Source: an uncultured Methanosarcinaceae archaeon (GTDB lineage: Archaea > Halobacteriota > Methanosarcinia > Methanosarcinales > Methanosarcinaceae). From it: 64,000 bases of DNA. Positions 1-11,034 of the stretch are shown here, one piece after another. The stretch covers positions 576,001 to 640,000 of the forward strand of contig CAVTET010000004.1 in the NCBI GenBank assembly GCA_963733675.1, written 5' to 3'. The notes under the pieces were generated by a model. That model was not told the origin of the DNA and ran no database searches. It was given only the letters and a program-made list of their open reading frames with translations. Both the position numbers and the translations under genes were made by a program. The first letter of the stretch is position 1. The number at the start of each line of letters is the position of its first letter.

Positions 1-181
1 ATTAATTGTAGTTAATGGTGTATGCAATACTTGTTTGTTAAAATTACGTTATTCATTTTATTTGATGTCCAGTTTGCCACATAAATAATCATATTTTTAA
101 GGCATCTATGTAGCCATCACCGAAAATTCAAAGATTTTTGATTGGTTTGTAGACAATGCTATTGGATATATTATAGGGCTT

Positions 182-445
182 TCATGAATTCATGAACTCT
201 TTTACGGCCTTCATTAATTTGTGGTGGTGATGCATCTTGTGGTGGTGGTGATGCATCTTGTGGTGGTGATGATGGTGGTGAGGCCACTTGTAGATTTTAG
301 TCTTCACATCTTTCAATATTATAATGGCTGTTTTCTTTTCCTTAACCATAACTGGTCCATGTGCACTTACTGTTGCAGCAGTCACGGATATTAAAAAACA
401 AACTGCTAGCAAAATACCGATTGTCTTTTTCATTTGTTTTAACAT
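182..445 (-). CDS. Small secreted His-rich protein
   Basis: ORF with a signal-peptide-like N-terminus (KKTIGILLAVCFLISVTAATVSA), an upstream GAGGT RBS, and a C-terminal poly-His tract encoded by ~21-nt tandem repeats (HHHHHKM units). Confidence 0.75.
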   Translation of the reverse strand: MLKQMKKTIGILLAVCFLISVTAATVSAHGPVMVKEKKTAIIILKDVKTKIYKWPHHHHHHHKMHHHHHKMHHHHKLMKAVKEFMNS

Positions 446-569
446 CTTTTTACCTCATTTTAGATTTGTATTAAAATCATGCTTTTCCAGTAAATTCTGA
501 TGTGATGATTGAATTTATATATCCTTTTTTGCCAATTGTTTTATGCGCCTTTTAAAGGTCTTCACAATA

Positions 570-1050
570 CCTAAAAGTGCTTCTTGCAATTGTAAGTGAT
601 CATATTGATTGATTTGAATAAATACTTACTTTCAACAATTGAGCGAATTAAAGAAACAGTTACTTTAAAAAATAAATTTATCTGGGTTATTAATTTTAAA
701 ATAAAGCTTTTATAACTCATTTAAGACTTATTTTGATTATTAGAAAGCTTTTTATTAAACGGAAGAAGATTTCAATAAACGTCCAATTTTCATAAGTCAT
801 TTAATATACAACTACAAGATTTTTAAAATACCTACACAAGTGTTTCGGCAATTGAAAGTGATGAAAATAATGACCTTAAATAAGTAGTTCATTATAAAAG
901 TAAAATAATTTAAATACAACTTAAATTTTTAAAAAAAAGAGTTGAGCATTTAATTTTACAACAAAGCTTTCATAAATTGATTAAGACTTTTTTAACTATT
1001 AACAGAGTACTTTTATTAAATTAAATATAATTTCAACTTATCGCTAATTT
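570..1050. repeat. Degenerate ~260-bp tandem duplication upstream of the His-rich gene
   Basis: gcaattgtaagtgat at 586 matches gcaattgaaagtgat at 848, and aaagcttttataa...ttaagactt at 703 matches aaagctttcataa...ttaagactt at 963. The offset is ~260 bp in both cases. Confidence 0.5.
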
Positions 1051-1129
1051 TTTTGAGTAAATTCTATCCAAATTTTCCTCGGCAATTTCTGTATTTGACT
1101 CGATTTTTTTCGGATCCATTATTCTCTGA

Positions 1130-2168
1130 TTTTAAAGGCAGCTTCCGTATCCTCAAAATACTCTTTTTATTTTCAGTTTTATCAACTGATAGAGATTAAA
1201 ACACAAAGCTTTACACGACATGTTCAGATTCGCTCTTCGAACGGTAATGACAAGAACTTTTCCTACTTTGAATATCTTTTTAGTTACTGCATAAACTCAT
1301 TCCTCTTAAATTCTTTAGAGCTAATTCTCTAGTTTCTTAATATATAAATAAGCTCCAGAAGATACTCTTTTGCTGCTCTTTTAATTGTTGCATCAGAACC
1401 TTTTGATTTTGCTTCAAAGTATCCTCTGTCTCTGTATCTGTAAAACCACTTCATTTTTCTGATTAAACCTACTTAAGAATCATGAGTGAAGAGTCGTTTT
1501 TTGAATCTTCCGATCAGCTCATAATCCCTGTATATTAAATGCACTGAAGTTTATATCTAATTGTGATTTACCACCCTTTTTGTCCAAGTTCCATCTATCT
1601 TCTCCTTGTTTTTGCTTCATTTTCTCGAGGGTAATCAGCTTTCGCATTTCAAGGATCTAAATGAATAAAAGTATAGCTGTCTGAATTATTCCCTTTTTTG
1701 TTTTCAGACCAAGTCAATAAGCTTGCTTTGCAACTGCCCCCATGTTTCTTCTTCGTAGTAGTTATCAATAATTTTTTTACTGAATGCCCAACATATGGTA
1801 CTGTCTGGTATGCACTCAGGAAAATCAAAATATTTTCTGAAAGAAGTTCAATCAATATGTTGTTTCTCAAGTTCGAACTCAAAAAGACCATTTAATTGTT
1901 GTAAAAAAGTATTTAAAACATAATGATTACTTCAGCTTCAGGCTTGCTTCAGTAAACTGTTTTGTTAAAATACATGGACTCAAAAATTATACGAAAAGAT
2001 TCCCCAACAATTAAGGAATCAATTTCACCAAGTTTGTTTCCAACTAACTGAAAAAGTTCGTATTCTCCTTTAAGAGCAAAATCAGTAAAAGTTTTCACGA
2101 GAAAAAACTGATGTTAAGAGATTGAAATTCTCAAATAACCGAATGTGAATGAGTTTATCGAAATTATC
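1130..2168 (-). mobile_element. Decayed IS5-family transposase (pseudogene) with one terminal inverted repeat
   Basis: Minus-strand fragments such as KTFTDFALKGEYELFQLVGNKL resemble Methanosarcina IS5 transposases, with many stops and frameshifts. The end gtttatcgaaattatc resembles the TIR GAGGATTTCGATAAAC. Homologous to 25047-26187 and 37740-38560. Confidence 0.75.
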
Positions 2169-2202
2169 TTTACTCATTCTCTATAGCAAACGCCATTAGG
2201 TT

Positions 2203-2526
2203 TTAATCTAATCTTTTATAAGGATACCTCATTTCTTTCCCACAATGCTTGCAGAAGATAACGATATATCCTTCATTCAGTCTGTAGCGAGCATTGTTCC
2301 CAGGCACAAGGAAAGCATAGCAGTGTTTACATATCCTGCTTTTGATCTCCCTTGGGATACTAATCCTATTCCTCATAGAAATATTTCTGATGATCTGCAC
2401 ATAGCGTTCACTACGGTCAGGATGTTCTGCGTACTCCATTTCCGCAAGCTCAAAAAGTCGCCACATACGCTGAGTTGCGACATCTTTAATCAGATTTTTC
2501 TGTTGTTTCCTGGACACTCTAGACAT
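2203..2526 (-). CDS. rnp4: Ribonuclease P protein component 4 (Rpp21)
   Basis: Basic 107-aa protein with the Rpp21 zinc ribbon ICKHC...FLVPG.N.R.R...CKHCG. Confidence 0.93.
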   Translation of the reverse strand: MSRVSRKQQKNLIKDVATQRMWRLFELAEMEYAEHPDRSERYVQIIRNISMRNRISIPREIKSRICKHCYAFLVPGNNARYRLNEGYIVIFCKHCGKEMRYPYKRLD

Positions 2527-2594
2527 AGGTAGATTGATCCTGCACTTAGTTCAGTATCACAATTAGATCCCTGGACTTCCCCAAAAACTAGAAC

Positions 2595-3281
2595 TCAAGA
2601 ATCAAGAATAATCACTTTAATATCAGGGTTCTTGCCTTGCACAAAAGTTTTAAACTTTTCGGGATTTCCATTTGTACCCTCTAATTTTCCGTAATGCATT
2701 GGAATTGCAACCTTTGGGGATATGACTGCGACTGCACTGGCAGCCTCTTCCTCGTCCATAGTATAAGTTCCCCCGATGGGTAAAAGAGACACATCTGCCC
2801 TGATGCTCTTCATCTCAGGGAAAAAATCGCAGTCTCCTACATGATAGATCCGAATTTTCCCAAGTTCCACTACATAACCTACTCCAAAACCTCGTGGATG
2901 GTAAGGTTTATTGAGATTATAAGAAGGAAGTACCTCAATCCGGACCCCTTTAATTTCAACCCCTTCAGCAAAGATATCTCCCTCCACAACTCGCCTTGTA
3001 TAACCCCTGAATTTTAGAGAACAGCTTTCAGGGATCAGGGTAGTTGAGTCAGAGCGTTGTACTTTTTGAATATCTTCAGGGCTGCAATGGTCAAAGTGCT
3101 CATGAGTGATAAGGAGGATATCTGCCTTGTTATCAAAAGAAGGTTCTTTATTGATCTGAAACGGATCAATATAAATTTTGATATCTTGCCATCCAAGAAA
3201 AAAACCAGCGTGTCCTAGCCATCGAATGCAAACGTTGTCAATTGTTATACTATTCATATCATACACCTTTTTGATCTTCAA
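2595..3281 (-). CDS. MBL-fold metallo-hydrolase (UPF0173-like)
   Basis: Motifs WLGHAGF, IYIDP, THEHFDH, YHVGD, LPIGG and PMHYG. The true start may be the Met at 3260. Confidence 0.9.
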   Translation of the reverse strand: MKIKKVYDMNSITIDNVCIRWLGHAGFFLGWQDIKIYIDPFQINKEPSFDNKADILLITHEHFDHCSPEDIQKVQRSDSTTLIPESCSLKFRGYTRRVVEGDIFAEGVEIKGVRIEVLPSYNLNKPYHPRGFGVGYVVELGKIRIYHVGDCDFFPEMKSIRADVSLLPIGGTYTMDEEEAASAVAVISPKVAIPMHYGKLEGTNGNPEKFKTFVQGKNPDIKVIILDS

Positions 3282-3862
3282 ACTTATTTATGGAAAGGCC
3301 ATCTAACAGAATTGGTTAGAGATCGTATTGTTTAGGGATCGTATTAATAGTATCCTACACTTCGATTCTTTTATTAAAAGAAAAGAAGAACTCTTAAGAA
3401 CTCCCAGAAAACATGTAATTTTAAAGTTCGAAAATATAACCCTAACTTTCAAATAAATATAGAAGTTTTTGGCGTACAAAACAACCAGTTACATTTTTTA
3501 TCAATTGATATTTCGATAAAAGTCCCTATTAGATTTACTTTGAAGACAATTGGCCAAAAATTAGGGTTTATTGAAATCTTCATTATTTTACTCAAGCTGC
3601 TTACTTAGATTGAATAGTTATTCTCATTAAATTTCCAATGAGATTGAATCGGAAAATAAATTCCTAAATTTAGTATTAATTTAACAACATAAAGGAGTAA
3701 AATAGTTAGGATTTTACACATTGAGGATAAAAATAAAGCATTTGTAAACTCATAATCTGATATTATGACCTAGATTATTTGAGGCTTAATGCTGTTTTTT
3801 AACCGCTTAATTATGTAAATACTAAAATTGTGGGAATCCTTAATAATAAAAAAGGAAAGTGA

Positions 3863-4027
3863 ATGTTGAAACAACCTGTCAGTAGAATAAAAAGTACTAC
3901 TATTTTGCTGGCAGTTCTAGTTGTAATAACATTGACAGCAATGGCATCAAGCACTCGACCACATCATCACCACTACATCACCATCACAACCATTGATGGA
4001 ATCAACATTGGTATGATCATATGGTAG
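3863..4027 (+). CDS. Small His-containing secreted peptide, a probably frameshifted paralog of 182..445
   Basis: Manual translation: MLKQPVSRIKSTTILLAVLVVITLTAMASSTRPHHHHYITITTIDGINIGMIIW*. The His codons continue in a shifted frame (HHHHNH). It is below the ORF-track length cutoff. Confidence 0.5.
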   Translation: MLKQPVSRIKSTTILLAVLVVITLTAMASSTRPHHHHYITITTIDGINIGMIIW

Positions 4028-4962
4028 CTTTTTGATGTGAAACCTTTACTACCAACAATGAGTATAGGGCTGTTGATGATAACGATAGCAAAAAATATAA
4101 AAATTAAAAAATGTAACTAAAATTAAGAGAAGTCTTGTGGATATTTCATTAAACTAAGAGTAAAACCTTTAACTTCATTAACTTTGCATTGTCAAATTAA
4201 CTCCTTATTGTAGTTTTTGCAATTCATTTCCACTCATATTTATTCCATTTTGAAAATATGTACCCTATGATTTTTTTCCACTTCTACCTTTTTCTTAATC
4301 AATATTTTCTATTATTGTAACCGTCCGAAATTTTACCTGTTGAAATTGCATGCTTACCAATAAACAGAGCAGCAATGAAGTTTTTCCAACATAAAATTAT
4401 GATGAATATCTCAATCTACTCACTCTTGCTCCCATTCTCAGCCCATTATCTTGATTTAAGATTTTTAAAATTTTCATAGTATCGAATATTTCTCTTTGGG
4501 TTCACTCTTAAACTAGATACCTATGTTCAACTAACAAAAAAACAATGAATACCTGATATTTGCCAATATATTTGTAAACTCAATCATTCAATATCATATA
4601 AGAATACACTTGTTATGCCCTATTAGTAGCAAAATAACTGCACAAAAACGTGGTTTGAAGATAAAAATTGCTTAAATATTTCCCATAGCTTATAATATTA
4701 ATTACTAAGATCCTACAAAAATATGATTTTCGAAAAGTCATAGATTTGATGGTCCATCAGTAATAAGTTGACATTTCCAAAAGTATTCACATATTCTGTT
4801 TCTGCTTTTATTTTCTGCCTTATTTACTCTTAATTTCCTGTGCACAATTAGGCTTAGAAAGCAGGTGAAAATGGAGAAGCATATTCAAAGATTAAATATT
4901 GACCAACTAATAGGGCTATACCGAATATTTTCATAAACAAAATTGCGTAAAAAAAAGTTAAT

Positions 4963-5037
4963 TGCTCCGATGGGGATTTGAACCCCAGTCTCAGGAGTGA
5001 GAGTCCTGAATGATTGGCCGAGCTACACTATCGGAGC
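4963..5037 (-). tRNA. tRNA-Glu (CTC)
   Basis: The reverse complement folds as a cloverleaf: GCTCCGA/TCGGAGC acceptor stem, CAGGA-CT-CTC-AC-TCCTG anticodon arm, GGTTCAAATCC T arm. CCA is not encoded. Confidence 0.97.
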
Positions 5038-5087
5038 ATATAATTAATATGCTTTACCTCTTATGCAGCATATTCCAAGTAATTAAG

Positions 5088-5104
5088 AAAATATAAACTT
5101 TTCG
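5088..5104 (-). promoter_or_regulatory. Probable BRE/TATA promoter of tRNA-Glu
   Basis: Minus strand reads CGAAAAG-TTTATAT, a purine-rich BRE followed by a TATA box, ~55 nt upstream of the tRNA. Confidence 0.5.
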
Positions 5105-5215
5105 TCTAAGGTCTGAAAAATATATAAACTGCCGGTAAGCATTTTATCCTCTTCCAGCTCTACGGAATAAATCTTCCCTTAAACTTGAAGAATATCCCGC
5201 AGCTTCAAAAACCAG

Positions 5216-6457
5216 TTATACGAACATGGCATGAGGAATTGAAGGTTCCGGAACGTTTACGACCTTTTCATAGGCTTTCATGAAATCTGCCATTGTGATC
5301 TGTTTACCGCGTCTGCGCAGCACAAAGATTCCAGCTTCTTTAGTAATGACACTAATCTCTGCCCCGCTCATACCATTCATTACCTTTGCGAGTTTCTCAA
5401 AATCCACATCATTGGCAAGGTTCATCTTGCGAGTATGGATCTTAAGAATCTCAACCCTGCCCTTTTCATCAGGAAGCGGAATTTCAATAGAACGATCAAA
5501 TCTGCCAGGTCTCAGGAGAGCAGGATCGAGCAGATCAACTCTGTTGGTCGCAGCAACCACTTTTACGTTGCCTTTGGGATCGAAGCCATCCATCTCCGCA
5601 AGGAGCTGAAGCATTGTTCTATTAACCTCTGCAGAGCCGCTTGTTCCATCATAGGTCCTCATGCTACCAACAGCGTCGATTTCATCTATAAAAAGAATGC
5701 TGGGAGACTTATCTCTTGCAAGCTGGAAAATATCCTTGACTAGCCTAGACCCTTCGCCTACGAACTTCTGGACCAGATCAGAACCCGACATTCGGATGAA
5801 AGTTGCTTTTGCCTGAGAGGCTATAGCCTTTGCAATAAGGGTTTTTCCCGTACCAGGAGCACCGTGGAGCAGGACACCAGAAGGAGGTTCGATTCCCAGT
5901 TCTTCGAAAAGTTCGGGTTCTGTAAGAGGTAATTCAACGCTTTCACGAACTTCTTGAAGTACCTCATCGAGCCCGCCAATCATGCTATAATCCACACCAG
6001 GAGAGTTAATGAGTTCCATAACCTGAGCTCGGACGTCAGCAGCCCTGCTAACTATGGAGATAATTGAGTAAGCTCCATTTACTGCAACTCTCATTCCAGG
6101 TTCTATCTTCCCAAGGCACTCCTCTGGAATCTGAGTAAGTACCTCCTGGTTGTTCCCATGCTGCCTGATAAGAGAAATTTCACCATTTACCTCGAGAATA
6201 GTCGCAATAAAAAGAGGGGGCTCAGTAAGCTGCTCAAGATGAGCTTTTAACTTATTGATTTCCTGAAGGTGTCTACCAGTAGCCACACTCGCTTCAAGGA
6301 GCCGGGCCTTCATATTTTCATTCTGGATTCTCATGACTTCTATTTCAGTTAAAAGAGATTTCACATCTTCAGCAATGATCTCCCCGCATTCAAGCTGGAA
6401 TTCTACCCTGGTTTTAATATCTTCAATTGAAGACCCTATTGAACTATCTTCGGACAT
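5216..6457 (-). CDS. pan: Proteasome-activating nucleotidase
   Basis: N-terminal coiled coil and OB domain; Walker A GAPGTGKT, Walker B FIDEID, SRH LDPALLRPGRFDR; C-terminal HbYX-like MFV. Confidence 0.95.
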   Translation of the reverse strand: MSEDSSIGSSIEDIKTRVEFQLECGEIIAEDVKSLLTEIEVMRIQNENMKARLLEASVATGRHLQEINKLKAHLEQLTEPPLFIATILEVNGEISLIRQHGNNQEVLTQIPEECLGKIEPGMRVAVNGAYSIISIVSRAADVRAQVMELINSPGVDYSMIGGLDEVLQEVRESVELPLTEPELFEELGIEPPSGVLLHGAPGTGKTLIAKAIASQAKATFIRMSGSDLVQKFVGEGSRLVKDIFQLARDKSPSILFIDEIDAVGSMRTYDGTSGSAEVNRTMLQLLAEMDGFDPKGNVKVVAATNRVDLLDPALLRPGRFDRSIEIPLPDEKGRVEILKIHTRKMNLANDVDFEKLAKVMNGMSGAEISVITKEAGIFVLRRRGKQITMADFMKAYEKVVNVPEPSIPHAMFV

Positions 6458-6768
6458 TTGAAAACACCTGTATAATCATATAATATCTATTTTAATACCA
6501 TTGTTTGAGGGTAAATTTACTTTGAAATTATTTATTTGCAGAGTAGCTAATTTGAAGGTTGAAGGCTTTCAGTTTATTGAGATTTAGGCCTATAGTTAGC
6601 GAATTAATCGAACTTTAGACAATGGTTTGAGAATCTGGCTCCCGATCCTTTAGCAAATCTCAGGGATTAATTTTATACTTTAGGGACTTTTACAAAAGAA
6701 GTAAAAGACTAAAATGAAAAAATCAAGAAAAGAACATCTTTTCCGTAAAATCTCCCTGTAGGACAACT

Positions 6769-6854
6769 CACAATTTTGATAAACCTACGATTTCAACAAA
6801 TTGCCCATATACATTTTAAGCAATCAACCATAAATTGAGTTTATCAAAGTCCTC
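6769..6854. mobile_element. Degenerate MITE with IS5-type TIRs (subfamily B)
   Basis: Ends resemble GAGGATTTCGATAAAC / GTTTATCGAAATCCTC. The interior is shared with 45494-45583. Confidence 0.55.
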
Positions 6855-7032
6855 TTAACAATATAGAGTAAGATGCAAGAAAGTAGAATATATATAAATT
6901 ATATATATAAGTTCCTGCAACACGTGCAATCCATTTCTGATATTTATTAAATGCTTTTTGATATTCGCTTGGTATATATCCCTTTTGTTTATTCTTTTCA
7001 TACCTTAAATTTCATTTTTCGGGATCATCTTA

Positions 7033-7121
7033 GAATATTTCGAAAAACCTTTGATTTTTACGAGTCGTGTATATACCATTTATAAGCTTAAGACGAAATA
7101 TAGGGGTTTATCGAAATACTC
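7033..7121. mobile_element. ~89-bp MITE with IS5-type TIRs (subfamily A)
   Basis: gaatatttcgaaaaac ... gtttatcgaaatactc. The interior matches the 9938 and 21069 copies in inverted orientation. Flanks are CTTA and CATA. Confidence 0.7.
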
Positions 7122-7557
7122 CATAATTATCAAATTTTCAGATCTTGATAGATTCACCTAGAAATCAGACAGTAAAACAAGAAAGCAAAAAAATGCTGAA
7201 TTTAACATGACTCAGATCTGGAATGGTAAAGGATATAAACTTTGCCCAGACTAGAACTGAGAGTAGAAAGTAAAATTAGTTCCGATAGAGGCAATCCAAT
7301 AAAAAGATTGAAAAATCATCATCCGACATTTTATATAATTCTGGATATATCATTCATTACATAATAAAACATAATCTCCTTAGATCTGTAACGCGTAGAT
7401 ATTTAAAAGCCCATAAGTATAAGATTCTCGTTCTACAGGTCTGATATTGACTGTAATTTTCTTAAAATCTATTCTTCGAAACGCTGTCTATATACAATAA
7501 AAATCGCAACATTCGAAAGTTTTAAGATTATATTCTCCAATTTAGGAGCAAGAATTA

Positions 7558-8562
7558 ATGGAGGACTATAAAATTAAAGAAGAGATCTGGATCGAAAAAT
7601 ACAGGCCTTTTAGACTTGATCAGGTGGCAGGCCAGGAGGAAATCATAGAGCGCCTGAAGTCCTATGTTGCAACGAAAAAACTTCCTCATCTTCTCTTTTC
7701 CGGACCACCGGGTGTCGGGAAAACTGCTTCTGCGGTTTCGATTGCCAGGGAAATTTACGGGGAAAATAGCTGGCGGGAAAATTTTAACGAACTAAATGCA
7801 TCCGATGAGAGAGGGATTGATATTGTTCGAACAAAAATTAAAAACTTTGCAAAAACTGCTCCAATAGGAGGAGCTGAATTTAAAATTATTTTCCTGGACG
7901 AAGCCGATGCACTGACCTCAGATGCCCAGTCTGCACTTCGGAGAACTATGGAGCGTTTCAGCAGCAACTGTCGTTTCATCCTCTCCTGCAACTATTCTTC
8001 AAAGATTATTGAACCTATTCAATCCCGCTGTGCAGTCTATAGATTTAGGCGCCTTTCAGATGAGGCTATAAAAAAACGCCTTGAATATATCGCTAAAGAT
8101 CAACATTTGGCCATCACTGAAGATGGATATGAAGCTCTTATTTATGTAGCCCAAGGAGATATGCGAAAGGGCGTAAATTCTCTTCAGGCTTCAGCTTGTA
8201 TAGATCCGGAAAAACCTATATCCAGTAGGACAATTTATAGAACCACTGCAACCGCAAACCCTGAAGAAATCAAATCTCTGACAGAAACTGCGCTGAGGGG
8301 AAATTTTAGGGATGCCAGAAAAGAACTTAATAAATTGCTCTATGAAGAAGGACTCTCTGGTGGAGATATAGTCGGACAGATTTACAGGGCTATATCCGAA
8401 ATGGACAAGCGTATGGTTCTGGATCTCGGGCTTTCTGAAAGGCATATTGTCGAACTCATAGATATTATCGGTGAGATCGACTTCAGGCTCACAGAGGGTG
8501 CTAGTGAAAAAATCCAACTCGAGGCTTTACTCGCACATTTTGCACTTTCGAACGCAGATTGA
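7558..8562 (+). CDS. rfcS: Replication factor C small subunit
   Basis: Motifs WIEKYRP, GPPGVGKT, ELNASDERG, DEAD, SRC and GDMRK. No intein. Confidence 0.96.
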   Translation: MEDYKIKEEIWIEKYRPFRLDQVAGQEEIIERLKSYVATKKLPHLLFSGPPGVGKTASAVSIAREIYGENSWRENFNELNASDERGIDIVRTKIKNFAKTAPIGGAEFKIIFLDEADALTSDAQSALRRTMERFSSNCRFILSCNYSSKIIEPIQSRCAVYRFRRLSDEAIKKRLEYIAKDQHLAITEDGYEALIYVAQGDMRKGVNSLQASACIDPEKPISSRTIYRTTATANPEEIKSLTETALRGNFRDARKELNKLLYEEGLSGGDIVGQIYRAISEMDKRMVLDLGLSERHIVELIDIIGEIDFRLTEGASEKIQLEALLAHFALSNAD

Positions 8563-8829
8563 GGTACTTTCTCAGTATCATGCCTAATTTATCTGATTTT
8601 CTGGAATTAATTGCCTATAAAGCTCTTCGAAATCTTCATATATCGCGAAAATATCAAACGATATCATTGATAGAACAATATAGATATTTTTTATCATTGA
8701 TATCAAGTTCCTGCTTCCAGCATCTTGAATTTACCTTATTTGTCTGGAAATTTTCTGGAAGTGGTATAAAAGAAAATGAAGGTGTCTTCCTAACTTACGC
8801 TCTTAATACTTTTTTTCCATAACTGCGAT

Positions 8830-10335
8830 ATTCAATCAATTATTTTAATACTTGTATTAACTGAAGATATTTCAGTCTCAACAATAGTTCTCTTCTGAAT
8901 ATCCCTCTTTTGAAACCCAATTTCATCTTCTTCCATCTTATCATTTGTGATCAGATTCCATATTATTGTGGAAATTTTTTTATTAGAGCAATGATTGCCT
9001 TTGAATGTCCAATTGATTTCTTCTTCCGTTTAAAAAATATTTTAACTTAATCTTTTTCTTTCTTGCTGCTGTCAGAGCAATCTATGTTAGAATTAACATA
9101 AGCATCTTGACTCTTTTTTGTGACTCTCTAGTTGTAGAAATTATCTGCAGATTGGTATGCATTATAACTATTCCAAGCCATGAAGCAAACTTATCTGCGA
9201 AATAAAAATCCTTGGAATCGCCTATTCCAGTAATTAGAGTTGTTGTACCATTTTTCTTAATAACCATAAACTGCATTAAAGTTTCCATTTCACTTTTATG
9301 CTTTCCATAAGCATAGTCTGAAATTTATCTCTTTAAAGCTTTGGTTTCATCGTCACGATGTTTTATAAGATTCAGATATTTATGAAACCTAACTATATTG
9401 CTGAGAGAGATATTTATATCCAGAATCTCCTTTATCCGAACAGTTTTTCTACGAACATTTGGTAAAAGGTTTTCTATGATCTGATCAATTACCTGAAGAT
9501 ATTCCTGATAGAGTTTTTCTGCCATTCTCGCCAAAAACATGTGTTGCACATCATTTAAATTAAATGTTTAAAGTATAAAAATAGAGTGAGCTTTTTTGAA
9601 TCTGTCGTTTTTGTACAAATTTATGATGAAGCCAAACATAAAATCGAAACTTGATTTTTAGGGGAAACTCTTGATGGATGAATGATGTTATAGATGCAAA
9701 TTTTGCAATGAATTATGAATCTACATCTTCTTTTTATGGTTAAGAGCTTTCATATCTCGAGCATTTCCAACTATAACAGATATGATACTTTATCAATGAA
9801 GCATAAATAGAGCTCAATAGTTACTTGTTGATTCCATGCAGCAACATCTAGTTTTTTGATATTACCCAAGCTTTTAAAGCTAAAATTCCATCATCATCTT
9901 AGCGAAAAGTTGCAGCTTTTTTACCGGATATACTGAGGAGGATTTCGATAAACCCTAAAATTTTGTCATATACTTATAAATGATATATAATATGATTCAT
10001 GAAAATCAGAGATTTATCGAAATCCTCTGAGGATATTAGTGATGAAAAAAATGTTTGTTAATATCTATACTACAAGATTTATTTACTATTTCTGCCAATT
10101 TAACCAACCAATTCGTTGGGCAGTAGAATTGTCTAAAAATCCAATTTAACATCCATGATCAAGATCACATTTGAGTTTTCAATGGCAATAAACTAATTAG
10201 TTTTGGAACGATTTTTTTAAAAACCAAATATAGGACAACCTTCCTACCAAGGTAATGATGAAATTAATAGTCAAAAAATATAGGTGAAAAGTACTTTTAT
10301 TTGTTTATGCTTGTTATTCAAGAAATTTCATGTTC
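8830..10335 (-). mobile_element. Decayed IS110-family element (transposase pseudogene plus upstream non-coding end), interrupted by a MITE
   Basis: Fragments DKFASWLGIV, IGHSKAIIAL and DQIIENLLPNVRRK resemble Methanosarcina IS110 transposases. Colinear with the copy at 51480-52870, including ~250 bp upstream of the start. Confidence 0.8.
9938..10027. mobile_element. 90-bp MITE with perfect 15-bp TIRs and a 4-bp TSD (TGAG)
   Basis: GAGGATTTCGATAAA...TTTATCGAAATCCTC flanked by TGAG on both sides. The empty site (ccggatacactgaggatattag) is visible in the paralogous IS110 at ~52554-52575. Confidence 0.9.
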
Positions 10336-10869
10336 ATTTTGGAACTGAGTTTCATTATATCTTATGCTATAATGGTTTAAACACTGTGATTTTTCTTCCA
10401 ATATGCCTAAAAAATTTTGTAATTAATAGAATGATATTTTATTGTACCAAATTATAAACATTTAAATTTTTTTCGTTCATTGATATATTTTTAGGATTTT
10501 TTGGATTATAAATATCTGATTTAAAAAATATTAAATGAAAATATAAGACTGCAGTCGAAAGATTATTAACTGAAATTTGGAACCAGTATGTTAACCTTTA
10601 GGTACTTTTATTTATTTGTATCTGTTATTCGAAGAATCCCACTTTCGTTTTTGGATTCAGTCTTCAAACTAAAATTATTTTCAGGTCCTGAGGTCTATTT
10701 GTTTAAAAATATAACTTTGATTTCTATTGAAGTTTGGTGCAGAAATAAGTTCCTTATGAAAAAATAGATAATGAAGAAAAACAATTATAAATAGGGATTT
10801 GGGTTTTAAGCCTTAAAAATAGTTAAGAATTTACAAGCTCAAAAAGATAATTAATGGGGGATTAGTACA

Positions 10870-11034
10870 TTGAAAAAAAAAGTTCATATTTTATTGTTAG
10901 TTGGAGCTTTATTGCTGATAATGGGTGAGCTCCTGAATATTACAAAAGATCCACTTCTATGGAGCACAGGGACTGTTACTGCATTATTCATGATTTTGCT
11001 TTTCAGGATAGATCCCTTAAGTCCAAACGAGTAA
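10870..11034 (+). CDS. Putative 54-aa two-helix membrane peptide (possibly the 5' part of a pseudogene)
   Basis: TTG start after a GGGGGA RBS: MKKKVHILLLVGALLLIMGELLNITKDPLLWSTGTVTALFMILLFRIDPLSPNE*. Confidence 0.4.
   Translation: MKKKVHILLLVGALLLIMGELLNITKDPLLWSTGTVTALFMILLFRIDPLSPNE

Noticed and set aside
7558-8562. Inteins in RFC, AtpA or ligase
   Set aside because: All have normal lengths and uninterrupted motifs.
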